64,000 nucleotides of DNA from an uncultured Desulfobacteraceae bacterium (GTDB lineage: Bacteria; Desulfobacterota; Desulfobacteria; Desulfobacterales; UBA5616): contig CAYLRU010000008.1 in the NCBI GenBank assembly GCA_964386565.1, positions 8,110 to 72,109 of the forward strand. The letters are read 5' to 3'. The notes under the pieces are model-generated. The model had not been told where the DNA came from, ran no database searches, and saw only the letters and a list, made by a program, of their open reading frames with translations. The translations under genes and the position numbers were made by a program. Shown here one piece after another: positions 47,076 through 57,178 of this stretch (positions are counted from its first letter, which is position 1; each line of letters begins with the position of its first letter).

Positions 47076-48683
47076 ATGCGCCGGATCAAGACCGCCATCG
47101 ATCCCCTGTCGACCGTTTATCGGGATTATGAACGCTGTAACCGGAAACGTATGGCCGATTTTCACGAGCGCCAGCAAAAGGCCCGTTTCCACCGGCCGGA
47201 ACGCGACATAAATCGGCTGCGTCGACAGAAAAAACTCCTGGTAAGGGAACGTCTCGACATGCTGCTTGACCCGGGCACGCCGTTTCTGGAACTTTCGTCT
47301 CTGGCTGCAAACATGGCCTACGACGGCACGGTCCCCAGCGCCGGGCTGGTGTCGGGGGTGGGAATTGTATGCGGCCGTGAAGTCCTGGTAATGGCCAGCG
47401 ACAGTTCCATAAAAGGCGGCGCGTGGTATCCCCTTACCGTTAAGAAAATGGTGCGGACAACCCATATCGCCATTGAAAACCGTATTCCCATGATCCACCT
47501 GGTGGATGCGGCAGGGGCTTTTTTACCCATGCAGTCCGAGCTTTTTCCGGACAGGGACGGGGCGGGGCGGATTTTTCGAAACCAGTGCGTCTTAAGCGCT
47601 CTGGGGGTAAAGCAAGTGGCGCTGGTGCTGGGACACAGTACGGCAGGGGGGGCTTACGTGCCCACCTTATGTGATTATTCCGTTATGGTACGCAGGACCG
47701 GCGGCGTATTTTTAGGAGGCCCCCCCCTGGTCAAAGCCGCTACAGGGGAAGATGTTTCCGCTGATGAACTGGGGGGTGCGGATGTTCACAGTTCCATCAG
47801 CGGTACGGCGGATTACGCCGTTGACTCGGAAAAGGAAGGCATCGCGTTGGTACGTGAAATCGTGGGCACCTTTCCCCGTGAAAAAAAGGCGGCAGTGGAA
47901 AGACGGGAAATCGAAGAACCCTACTACGATCCAAAGGAGCTTTACGGCATTATTCCGGATGATGTCAAAAAGCAGTTCGACATGCGAGAGGTGATCGCCC
48001 GCATTGTGGACGGCAGCCGTTTCCACGAATTCAAACCCGACTACGGCACCACCGCCGTGTGCGGTTTTGCCTTTCTATACGGATGGAAAATCGGCATTGT
48101 CGGCAACAACGGGGTTCTTTTTTCTGACAGCGCCAAGAAATGTACGCAGTTCATGCAAATCTGCAATCGGGATCGTGTTCCGGTAATATTCCTGCAAAAC
48201 ATCACGGGGTTCATGGTGGGAAAGGACTACGAACACGCGGGTATTACCAAGGACGGCGCCAAAATGCTCATGGTCCAGGCCAACCTGGATGTGCCCAAAC
48301 TCACGATAATGACCAACGGCAGTTTCGGTGCCGGCAATTACGCCATGTGCGGCCGGGCTTATGACGCGCGGTTTATCTTTTCCTGGCCCAACTCCCAGAT
48401 TTCGGTTATGGGCATGGAGCAGGCGGCTAAAACCCTCACCCAGATTCGGTTAAAAGCCTTGGAACGGCAGGGAAAGACCCTGACCGAGGAAGAAGAACGT
48501 GAAATCAACGAGGGCATTACCCAGGACTACCTGGAAAAAAGCAGCGCATACTATGCCACGTCGGAATTGTGGGACGACGGTATCATAGACCCCGTGGATA
48601 CCCGAAAGGTATTGGGAATTGCCCTGTCGGTATCACTGAACCGTGATTTCGGTGAAACACCTCATGGGATTTTCAGAATGTGA
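47076..48683 (+). CDS. acyl-CoA carboxylase carboxyltransferase (beta) subunit, methylcrotonyl-CoA carboxylase-like
   Basis: 535 aa, the typical MCCase-beta length. Two crotonase-like CT halves (SGVGIVCGREVLVMASDSSIKGG; GGADVHSSISGTADY; LQNITGFMVG). Confidence 0.85.
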   Translation: MRRIKTAIDPLSTVYRDYERCNRKRMADFHERQQKARFHRPERDINRLRRQKKLLVRERLDMLLDPGTPFLELSSLAANMAYDGTVPSAGLVSGVGIVCGREVLVMASDSSIKGGAWYPLTVKKMVRTTHIAIENRIPMIHLVDAAGAFLPMQSELFPDRDGAGRIFRNQCVLSALGVKQVALVLGHSTAGGAYVPTLCDYSVMVRRTGGVFLGGPPLVKAATGEDVSADELGGADVHSSISGTADYAVDSEKEGIALVREIVGTFPREKKAAVERREIEEPYYDPKELYGIIPDDVKKQFDMREVIARIVDGSRFHEFKPDYGTTAVCGFAFLYGWKIGIVGNNGVLFSDSAKKCTQFMQICNRDRVPVIFLQNITGFMVGKDYEHAGITKDGAKMLMVQANLDVPKLTIMTNGSFGAGNYAMCGRAYDARFIFSWPNSQISVMGMEQAAKTLTQIRLKALERQGKTLTEEEEREINEGITQDYLEKSSAYYATSELWDDGIIDPVDTRKVLGIALSVSLNRDFGETPHGIFRM

Positions 48684-48836
48684 GCTCCCCGTCCCCTGAA
48701 ATATTTACAAAACGGTCGATACCTGTTAAAAGTCTTACTTAAGATGGATCACCGACTTTTCCGGCCACCCGGGATTTTGATTGAAAAATACGTAGTGACT
48801 GGAAAGGCATGAGGTGGGATTCCCCAAAAAGCTGTT

Positions 48837-51458
48837 TCAAGCATCAAACCATTTCTGATAAAAACTCATGCGATCCTCATAAAAAGCAACCATTTCCCGG
48901 TTTTCTTTTCCATGCAAGCCGATTTCTGAAAAATACGAAAGGGCGTTTTCGATGTTTAACCTGGATAAGGCTTCCGGCTGTTCGATTTCTCCCTGCTTGA
49001 GCAGGATATTGCCGAACAACAGTATTTTTTTCAGTCGGTCTTTTGAAGACCGCTGGTCAACAGATTGCCGGGACAGCCATTTCAGCACAAGACCATAGGA
49101 TTCGATAAACGGCTTTAAAAAAGCGGCGAACTGTTTTAATTTCCGGTAACCCGGTGACGTAATCGTATAGGTCTCCGGTTGGATGGGATGGGGGATGAGG
49201 ATGTCGTCATCAATAAATGCCTTGATACTCTTTCTCAAATAAAATTCAACAGGCTGTTCATTGTCCCGGATAAATTCCTGACTGAAAAAGCCGGCAAGAA
49301 ACTGATAATCGGCAAGAATATCCGCTGTCCTGAATATAAATGCGTCTTTTGACAGAATGGCAAGGCCGGCATAGGCAGCAGGAATGAAATGGGTGATGGC
49401 GTTGTTTTTGTAATATTCCAGTTCATGCCGTTTGTTTTTCCTGATGATCAGGGTATCCGTGTCTTGCCATATGCCGGGTTCGGCCTGAACAGCATCAATG
49501 ATCTTTGCCTGGAGATAATGGTTAAGAATCCGGCCGGTGATATGGCGTGGATAGGCCGTCAATGAATCGCTCACCGGAGATTTCCGTGACACCAGGTATG
49601 ATACATAGGTCTGGATCTGATTCATCAGGCTTTTAAAGGTGCGGGAATTTTTCCGGGAATTCAGCAACGATGCGGCAACAATGGACCTGGGCATCGCAAT
49701 GGTGGCCCGATCGATTTCGTTCATGATTTTGTTGCCCAGTTCACGGCAAACGAAATTCTTTTGTTTTGAAGAAAGACCGCCCGCCGGTAAGTTCTTTTGG
49801 GCGATATAATCGTTAAGATCGATGGGATCATTGAACTTCACAAAAATCTTTCCATATCGTTTCTTCAACAACTTCCGGACCTTTAAAATCTGCCTGGCGC
49901 TTTCCGGTTGTTTTTGGCCTCCTTCGATTTCATGCAGATATTCCTTTTCTTCAGGAACGCGTTCGTACCCGATATAAACCGGAACAAAAATAAGATCCCT
50001 GCAGGCGTTGTTTTCAAATGCGGTCAGTAAAATATTGATCATACCGAGCTGAGGATGAAGGAGTTTTCCGGACCGGCTTCGGGTTCCTTCAATAAAGACG
50101 GTAATATGAAATCCTTCTTTGAGAAGTTCATAAATATAGGCGGAAAAAACCTTTGTGTAGAACACCGCACCTTTGAAAGACCGTCTGACAAAAAAGGTGC
50201 CCGCCATTCTGAGAATGGGGCCCAAAGGCCAGAAGGAGAGATTTTTCCCGGCAAAAAAGTGGGGCGGGGACATATGGTGTAAAAACATGATGTAAAGCAT
50301 TACCATGGAATCGATGTGGCTTCGGTGACACGGCACAAAAATAACGGGACCTTTTAAGGCCATTCGCTTGATCGCTTCGAGCCGTCCGACATCAATGTGA
50401 ATTCCGTCGAAGACGGTACGGGACAGCCACTGGATGATACGGACCGACAATCCGGTGAAACCGGGCCGGTATCTCGCAGCAATTTCGTCAAAATATGCCA
50501 CGGCCTGACGGCGTACCGAAAAAATAGAAGTGTTTTTCCGGGCCGCGTGTTTTTTCATATAATCCTGAAGGTCATCGTTGGTCAGGATACTCAGCCTGAT
50601 TTCATCAAAAGATTTTATTACCGGTCCAGTGGTGCTTTGACGGTGTCTTGTGATTTGATACAGAAGGTTGCGTCTTAACACAAGGGCCAGATGACTGGTA
50701 CTGCGTGAAGACGATCCGGGTTCGTTTAAAAAATTTTGGAGATTAACCGGCTGGGAAAATTCGACAAACATTTTTTCGGGTTTCAGCAATGCCTTGAAAA
50801 ACTTTCGCAACGTGTCGGGCCTTTGCTCGGATCCAAAAAAAAGATCGGTTAATTTTAACGCCGTGGTTGCCGGTTTTTGGGTATAAAAAAAAAGTTGGGG
50901 CACAATGACAACGGGCCTGTTGATTTTGCCCTGCAACTCGATCAAATATTTTAAAGGATCGGGTTTCTGTTTTACAAACCGCTGATAAAAATCATGTTTT
51001 TCAACCAGCGACAGGAAAACGGCCTCTCCTTTTTGCAGTTGCAGGCCCAGATAGTCATCATGAAACAGTCCGGATCGGTGTTCCTGATGAAAGAACCGGT
51101 AAATTCCCGAAAAAAGGATCTGGAGCCATTTTCTGAAGGATTGAAAAAACAACAATCTGTAATCTATGGCAATGGTGGGCCCCACCAGTCCCATGGAAGA
51201 GAGGCGGAAATATGAAAACAGATACTCAAACGTGCTTTTAAATTTATTCACGTAAACGATACAGGCATTTTCAGGAAGGCCTTTGATGACGTCCGCCTGA
51301 TTCGTTGAAAAGCCGATTCGAAGAAACAGCAGTTTAAAAAAGAAATGCCGTATTGGATCCATATGAGAAGGAAGTTGACAGCCGAAGTGCTGTGTGGTTC
51401 CCTCTAAAAACCGGTTGATTATCGTGTTGATTTTCTTTATCAGCATGACAGGATTCAT
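48837..51458 (-). CDS. plsB: glycerol-3-phosphate acyltransferase PlsB
   Basis: Catalytic block VPCHRSHIDSMVMLYIMF...FFAGKNLSFWPLGPILRMAGTFFVRRSFKG...FIEGTRSRSGKLL closely parallels E. coli PlsB. The start is uncertain (ATG 51458; the ORF extends to GTG 51494). Confidence 0.9.
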   Translation of the reverse strand: MNPVMLIKKINTIINRFLEGTTQHFGCQLPSHMDPIRHFFFKLLFLRIGFSTNQADVIKGLPENACIVYVNKFKSTFEYLFSYFRLSSMGLVGPTIAIDYRLLFFQSFRKWLQILFSGIYRFFHQEHRSGLFHDDYLGLQLQKGEAVFLSLVEKHDFYQRFVKQKPDPLKYLIELQGKINRPVVIVPQLFFYTQKPATTALKLTDLFFGSEQRPDTLRKFFKALLKPEKMFVEFSQPVNLQNFLNEPGSSSRSTSHLALVLRRNLLYQITRHRQSTTGPVIKSFDEIRLSILTNDDLQDYMKKHAARKNTSIFSVRRQAVAYFDEIAARYRPGFTGLSVRIIQWLSRTVFDGIHIDVGRLEAIKRMALKGPVIFVPCHRSHIDSMVMLYIMFLHHMSPPHFFAGKNLSFWPLGPILRMAGTFFVRRSFKGAVFYTKVFSAYIYELLKEGFHITVFIEGTRSRSGKLLHPQLGMINILLTAFENNACRDLIFVPVYIGYERVPEEKEYLHEIEGGQKQPESARQILKVRKLLKKRYGKIFVKFNDPIDLNDYIAQKNLPAGGLSSKQKNFVCRELGNKIMNEIDRATIAMPRSIVAASLLNSRKNSRTFKSLMNQIQTYVSYLVSRKSPVSDSLTAYPRHITGRILNHYLQAKIIDAVQAEPGIWQDTDTLIIRKNKRHELEYYKNNAITHFIPAAYAGLAILSKDAFIFRTADILADYQFLAGFFSQEFIRDNEQPVEFYLRKSIKAFIDDDILIPHPIQPETYTITSPGYRKLKQFAAFLKPFIESYGLVLKWLSRQSVDQRSSKDRLKKILLFGNILLKQGEIEQPEALSRLNIENALSYFSEIGLHGKENREMVAFYEDRMSFYQKWFDA

Positions 51459-51673
51459 ACAGTTTGACAATTTTACGGGTAATGGTGTGCACACCGTTGA
51501 TGTTTTTCGATCTTATGTTGTTGATATATTCGATATCCAAAGAAAAATCAAACAGCCACCTGAATATCCTTGATGGCTAAGGATGCAACTCTGATTGAAT
51601 CGGACAACCTGTAAATTATGCGTTCCCCCATCGGAACGCGGGAAAGGAAATCGGCAAAGAAACAGGGGCAATT

Positions 51674-52567
51674 GTGAATCATTCCAGACTGCCGGCATTA
51701 AATGATATTGAAGATTCAAGGATACCGGGAAATCTGCCGTTTGTGGTGGATTCCCATGTCCATGTTTTCCCGGAACCCTTATTTAAGGCCATATGGGACT
51801 GGTTCGACATGTTCGCATGGCCCATACGATACCGTTTTGCTTCAGAGGAAGTGGTGGACTATTTACTGTCCCGGGGGGTGGGACATGTGGTGGCGTTTCA
51901 ATATGCCCATAAACCCGGCATGGCGGACATGTTAAATTCATATATGGCACAACTCTGCCGGGCCTTTCCGGGCCGGGTCACCGGTATGGCAACGGTATTT
52001 CCCGGAGAACCCGACTGCCGGCGGATTCTGGTTCGGGCGTTTGGTATGGGGTTAAAAGGCGTTAAACTGCACGCCCATGTGCAATGCTTCGATATGACCA
52101 GCGAAGAAATGGACGAAATTTATGATGTTTGTTCATCCGAAAAAAGACCGTTGGTCATGCATGTGAGCCGGGAGCCCAAAAGTCCTGCCTATAAATGCGA
52201 TCCCTATGTGTTGTGCAGTGCGGAAAAGCTCGAACGGGTGATCTCCAACTTTCCGAAATTAAAAATATGCGTTCCTCATTTGGGGATTGACGAGTTTTTG
52301 CCGTATAAAAAGCTCATTGAAAAATATGATAACCTGTGGCTGGACACGGCCATGGCCGTTACGGACTATTTCCCCATCGTCAATCCGGTGGGCCTGGAAG
52401 AAATGCGGGGAGATCGGATTCTGTACGGCACGGATTTCCCCAACATTCCATTTGCATGGGACCGTGAAATCAAATGGATCAACCGCCGAGGTTTTTCAGA
52501 TCAATTCCTTGAACGGCTGTTGGGAAAAAACGCCGTTGATTTTTTTGATCTGGATATCCCATGCTGA
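51674..52567 (+). CDS. amidohydrolase-2 family metal-dependent hydrolase (TIM barrel)
   Basis: N-terminal metal motif VVDSHVHVF, later HLG...DTA...YGTDFP. GTG start 6 nt after AGGGG. Confidence 0.8.
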   Translation: MNHSRLPALNDIEDSRIPGNLPFVVDSHVHVFPEPLFKAIWDWFDMFAWPIRYRFASEEVVDYLLSRGVGHVVAFQYAHKPGMADMLNSYMAQLCRAFPGRVTGMATVFPGEPDCRRILVRAFGMGLKGVKLHAHVQCFDMTSEEMDEIYDVCSSEKRPLVMHVSREPKSPAYKCDPYVLCSAEKLERVISNFPKLKICVPHLGIDEFLPYKKLIEKYDNLWLDTAMAVTDYFPIVNPVGLEEMRGDRILYGTDFPNIPFAWDREIKWINRRGFSDQFLERLLGKNAVDFFDLDIPC

Positions 52568-52666
52568 ACGACAACTGCGGGAAAAATCCCCGCAACCTGT
52601 GGAAAGTTCCGGGAAGCGGGTCTGATGGTATTATCCGTCGCACTGATTTCCAAATCCTCTGCTTTG

Positions 52667-52690
52667 ATCCCGGACCCGGGATTCTTTTTT
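52667..52690 (+). terminator. intrinsic terminator after the amidohydrolase gene
   Basis: ATCCCGG-ac-CCGGGAT stem followed by TCTTTTTT. Confidence 0.55.
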
Positions 52691-52699
52691 CGGATGGCA

Positions 52700-54112
52700 C
52701 TATTGGAAGGAGCGTTTTATTTCCGCATATCGGGTCAGCGCAGCCATGGCCAGCGCGCATTGTTCCGATGTATTGTACATGGGAATTCCGGCGCTCTTCA
52801 ATAGTTCCATGGTGGATACCGACGAATGAAGTTTTTGCGTGATGACGGGTTTGTTGTACTTTTTGGGGATTTGGCAGAACCGGTCGACAGCCGTCAAGAC
52901 GGCGATTCTGGTCTGGGCCAGGGACTCGTTTTTCAGGGTTCGGTCTATGGGTACATTTGTGATGATACCATCAATATAGTCAATGGATGCCAGTTTTTCA
53001 ATGATGCGCACCTCGTCCATGGCTTCGTAAATGCCGGCGGCAAAATCCACCGGGTTATTGGGCACCGGGGCATGGGGAGGCAGTATTTCCTTGAGCCCGA
53101 GTTTGTCCGCTTCTTTGAATTCCGGAATGTGAATACCCATGCAGGCCAGATTGTCCGTCGTAGTCACTCCCTGGCCGCCGTTTCCCACCACGGCGATACG
53201 CTTCCCTTTGGGAAGAGGCTGATTGATCAGTGCCTCGGCCATGATAAACAGATGTTCCATCTGTCGGACCCGAATCAGGCCTGCCTGGCGGCACATGCCG
53301 TCAAATATCCGGTCTTCTCCCGCGATGGATGCCGTGTGAGACAAAGTCGCCTTAGCCCCCATTTCGGATGTACCGCCTTTGAGAATCAGGACGGGCTTTT
53401 CCCTGGCCACTTCCCTGGCGATTCGCCGGAAGGTTCTGCCGTCTTTAAATCCTTCGATATACACAGCAATCACCTGCGTATCCGGATCGTTGGCAAAATA
53501 CGCCAGATAGTCCGCTGCCGTCAGATCCGCCTGGTTCCCCATGGAGATGAATTTACTCAACCCAAACCCCTTGGTAAGCGCAATCCTCACTGCCTGGCCG
53601 CCAAACATGCCGCTCTGGCTGATAAAAGCCAAGGCGCCTCTGGGAGGATTGGGAAATGGGGTGATATTTAAGTCCCCCGCCGCGGAAAAGATGCCGTTTC
53701 CGTTGGGGCCCACAAAACGGATACCGCCTTTCCGGGCGATGTCCACCGTTTCCATCTCAAGGGCACGGCCAGCCTCACCGGTTTCGGCGAAATCCGCGGA
53801 TATGATAACACCGCCCTTGACGCCTTTTTTTACGCAATTTCGCATAATTCCGGGCATCTGAGCGGCCTGAACCGTGAATACGGCAAGGTCGACGTCACCG
53901 GGGATCTCCGTTATATCCGCATATGACGGCAATCCGCAAATCCGGCTTTCCTTCGGGTTAACCGGAAAGATCTTTCCCCTGAACTTGGATTCAAGGGCGC
54001 TTAATATTAACCGCCCCCCCCATTTGGCCGGGTTATTGCTTGCTCCGATAAAAGCAATGGATTTGGGTTTGAAGATGGGATCCAACTGTTTAACGATATC
54101 TGCGGACAACAT
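52700..54112 (-). CDS. CoA-binding protein, ADP-forming acyl-CoA synthetase alpha-like (no ATP-grasp domain)
   Basis: IFKPKSIAFIGASNNPAKWGG CoA-binding Rossmann, then succinyl-CoA-synthetase-like ligase/flavodoxin domains (ISQSGMFG, phospho-His-like region GHTASIAG). Confidence 0.8.
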   Translation of the reverse strand: MLSADIVKQLDPIFKPKSIAFIGASNNPAKWGGRLILSALESKFRGKIFPVNPKESRICGLPSYADITEIPGDVDLAVFTVQAAQMPGIMRNCVKKGVKGGVIISADFAETGEAGRALEMETVDIARKGGIRFVGPNGNGIFSAAGDLNITPFPNPPRGALAFISQSGMFGGQAVRIALTKGFGLSKFISMGNQADLTAADYLAYFANDPDTQVIAVYIEGFKDGRTFRRIAREVAREKPVLILKGGTSEMGAKATLSHTASIAGEDRIFDGMCRQAGLIRVRQMEHLFIMAEALINQPLPKGKRIAVVGNGGQGVTTTDNLACMGIHIPEFKEADKLGLKEILPPHAPVPNNPVDFAAGIYEAMDEVRIIEKLASIDYIDGIITNVPIDRTLKNESLAQTRIAVLTAVDRFCQIPKKYNKPVITQKLHSSVSTMELLKSAGIPMYNTSEQCALAMAALTRYAEIKRSFQ

Positions 54113-54196
54113 TTCCTCCGTTTCTCACCAACGGGCATTTTTTATTTTTCGAAACAACAAAACCATGCTCTTCGGGTGTACCCCGGGTTTAGCAAT

Positions 54197-55438
54197 TTAC
54201 TCCGTACCGGGCACATCCGCCTCGGTGGTGATTACACCTTCAACGAATAGATCGCTGATATCATCATCTGTCAATCCCAGGATTTCCTTATATACATATT
54301 CAATGTCTTCACCCAGGCAGGGACCGGCCTTATAAATGTGGTTTGGTGTTTTTGACAGCCGGTAGGCCGGGGCATTGTAAGCATGTTCCCCGATAACCGG
54401 GTGCTCCAAAAACCGGAAATGCTCTCTGTGTTTCAATTGGGGGTCCTTAAACAGATCTTCCGCAGCTTCCACCATCCCGCAGGGCACTTCGGATTCCTGC
54501 ATCAAGGTCATGATCTTTTCGGCCGGCAATTTTTTCGTCCATTGAGTGATAAGATCGTCTAATTCATCTTCATTCTTTTTACGGGTCAGAAACGTTGAAA
54601 ATTTTGCATCCCGACACCAGTCAGGATTTCCGATAACGCGACAAAAAGCACGCCATTGGGCCTCGTTGGTAACGGCAATAGCGATCCATCGATCTTCGCC
54701 CGAGCAGGGGAATATGCCATGGGGCGCCATGTAGGGGTCTTTATTCCCCATTCGCTTGGCAATTCTTTTATTAACGCTGTAATCCAGGATGGTGGGACCC
54801 AGAAAGGTTACCCCGGCCTCCACCTGGGACTGATCCAGGTAGATGCCCTTGCCGGTTTTCTTTCTCCGGATCAGCGCGGCGATGACCGTGGAGGCCAGGT
54901 ACCAGGGCGCGATAAAGTCGCTGTAATTATTGAAAATAGGCAGTGGTTCCCGATCCGGGAGGCCGAGAAGATTGGAAAAACCCGCATACGTTGTGCCGAA
55001 CATGCCATAAGCACCGAACTCTCTCAACGGACCGGTCTGACCCATCTGGCAGGTTGAAAAGTAGATGATGTCGGGCTTTATTTTTTTGCAGCTCTCATAA
55101 TCCAACCCGAACTTGGCCATGGTTCCAGGTGTGAAACTCTCCGTCACCAGATCGGCCCACGCAACGAGTTTTTTGGCCAGTTCCACGCCTTTGGGTTTGG
55201 TCAGGTCCATAGCCACGCTGTATTTGTTGGTATTATAGGCTGCGCCGAATACGCTTCGGTCGACGCCGGGTTCTCCGTCTCTGAACGGGGCGAAAGTTCT
55301 CAAGGAATCGGGGACGCGGTGACTTTCCACCCGAATAACCGTGGCCCCGTGCTCCGCCAACTCTCTTCCCACTTGAGGGCCCACGCCCACCCATGCGAAA
55401 TCCGCCACCTTTAATCCTTTAAAGACTTGTTTTTGCAT
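54197..55438 (-). CDS. family III (CaiB/BaiF) CoA-transferase
   Basis: GLKVADFAWVGVGPQVGRELAEHGATVIRVE N-terminal fold. 413 aa. Confidence 0.9.
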   Translation of the reverse strand: MQKQVFKGLKVADFAWVGVGPQVGRELAEHGATVIRVESHRVPDSLRTFAPFRDGEPGVDRSVFGAAYNTNKYSVAMDLTKPKGVELAKKLVAWADLVTESFTPGTMAKFGLDYESCKKIKPDIIYFSTCQMGQTGPLREFGAYGMFGTTYAGFSNLLGLPDREPLPIFNNYSDFIAPWYLASTVIAALIRRKKTGKGIYLDQSQVEAGVTFLGPTILDYSVNKRIAKRMGNKDPYMAPHGIFPCSGEDRWIAIAVTNEAQWRAFCRVIGNPDWCRDAKFSTFLTRKKNEDELDDLITQWTKKLPAEKIMTLMQESEVPCGMVEAAEDLFKDPQLKHREHFRFLEHPVIGEHAYNAPAYRLSKTPNHIYKAGPCLGEDIEYVYKEILGLTDDDISDLFVEGVITTEADVPGTE

Positions 55439-55449
55439 GATATTCTCCT

Positions 55450-56724
55450 TTATATAACACCACGGTTCTTGAGGATGATCATCTCTTCCCGGCTAAGGTT
55501 CAACTCTTCTTCATAGATTTGGATGTTATGCTCTCCGATAAGTGGTGAGCGGCGTTGGGGATGATACGGGGGCAGCTCGGTCCAGCGGATAGGCCAGCCC
55601 GGATAGGTAATTTTTTCCCCAAGCTCAGGATGATCCACTTCCACCCAGAACTCCCTGGCTTTCAGTTGGGGGCTGGCCACCAGGTCTTCAGCATTGGTTA
55701 CCGGAACCAGCATGATATCATTTTTAATGGCGTAGTCAAAAAGCTCTTCCTTGGTTTTGGTTAACAGGAATTCGGCAAACTGTTCTTCCATGGCGGTGAT
55801 TTCTTCCTGGGTGACCGTGGCGGAATTGTCCTCAAGCCAGTCGTGGTCCTTGAGCAAAAGGCAATACCCTTCGCTGTTGGCCCATGCGGTAAGGCGTTCG
55901 GTGGAAATTCTGACACCGTGAGCCGCCCCTCCGCCCACCATTAAATAGACATAACCGTTCTTGCACGGCCATACCCATCGCATGATGATGGGGCCCGGCG
56001 GCGTGGGTCTCACCGACATACCGTAAGGCCCGATACCCCGGTAGTTGACCTTCAGGATGTCCCAGATTTCGGCGGCCATCATCAGGGTCAGTACAACGGC
56101 CTGCTGGCACGAGACATCTACATGCTGTCCTTCCCCGGTCATTTCCCTGTGGTACAGGGCCACCATGGTTCCCAGAACGCCCTGCAGGCTTCCGTTGAAA
56201 TAAAACTGCGGGACTGAAAACCGCATGGGGGGAGAATCCATATAACCGTAAAGGCGTGCCATTCCCCCCATTGAAACACCAACCAAGTCCGTTACATTGT
56301 AATGGGCATAAGGCCCGGTCTGACCAAAAGGCGTAATAGAGGTCAGAATCACGCCCGGATTTTGTTTTTCCAAAACCTCGTATCCCAGGTTCAAGAGGTT
56401 CAGATAACCGGGTTTGAAGGACTCAACAACAATATCGGCGGATGCAACGAGCTTTAAAAATAGTTCCCGGCCTGCCGCGGTTTCTAAATTCAGGGTTACC
56501 CCTCTCTTGTTTAAATTCGCATAAAACCAGTACAGGCTTTTTTCGGGATGGGGCATATCATGGTAAAAAGGGCCGTTGTTCCTTCCCGGGTCTCCGTCCG
56601 GGGGTTCGATTTTGATCACATCGGCCCCCAGATCTCCCAGAATTTTGCCGCAAAGGTGTCCGGTTTCATTGGTGAGATCAAGTACCCGATACCCCTCCAA
56701 AAACCTTTCTGCTTCGTTGTTCAT
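55450..56724 (-). CDS. family III (CaiB/BaiF) CoA-transferase, second subunit-like copy
   Basis: YRVLDLTNETGHLCGKILGDLGADVIKIEPP. ATG 56724 after GGGGGA; the ORF extends to 56769. Confidence 0.9.
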   Translation of the reverse strand: MNNEAERFLEGYRVLDLTNETGHLCGKILGDLGADVIKIEPPDGDPGRNNGPFYHDMPHPEKSLYWFYANLNKRGVTLNLETAAGRELFLKLVASADIVVESFKPGYLNLLNLGYEVLEKQNPGVILTSITPFGQTGPYAHYNVTDLVGVSMGGMARLYGYMDSPPMRFSVPQFYFNGSLQGVLGTMVALYHREMTGEGQHVDVSCQQAVVLTLMMAAEIWDILKVNYRGIGPYGMSVRPTPPGPIIMRWVWPCKNGYVYLMVGGGAAHGVRISTERLTAWANSEGYCLLLKDHDWLEDNSATVTQEEITAMEEQFAEFLLTKTKEELFDYAIKNDIMLVPVTNAEDLVASPQLKAREFWVEVDHPELGEKITYPGWPIRWTELPPYHPQRRSPLIGEHNIQIYEEELNLSREEMIILKNRGVI

Positions 56725-56824
56725 GTGTTCCCCCTGATTGTCAAGTGTGTCGGTTTGTAAAACGGTCAAATTGTTTATTTTCAGCGTTGACTCCCCCGGT
56801 GTTTTTATGGGAGCCCTGGATTCG

Positions 56825-56846
56825 AAAAAAGCCCGGTTACAGGGCT
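56825..56846 (-). terminator. short intrinsic terminator about 100 nt upstream of the CoA-transferase start
   Basis: On the minus strand: AGCCC-tgtaacc-GGGCT followed by TTTTTT. Confidence 0.45.
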
Positions 56847-57178
56847 GATCATGGATGATTTTGTATAAAAAGTATTTTATAGATGATGGAATTAAATATA
56901 ATTGAAATATTAGCCGTGATATATATCCAAGAATCAGGGACGAGTCAAGGAATTGATGGATGACGAAACACGGATTCTGTCCGTATCACATAATTAACCG
57001 GAAAAGGAAGATTTTGGGTCCTGGGGAATCCTGGACATGCCGAGGCTGCAGCTCCTGTGAAACCGCCCCGCTAAAGTCACGGGACCCTTGGCAGACACAG
57101 CGGTACGACGTCAAGGATTTCAAATGAACGAAAATACGGGAATGGGTCGAAAGGTGCTACTTATGGGATGGATACCAA

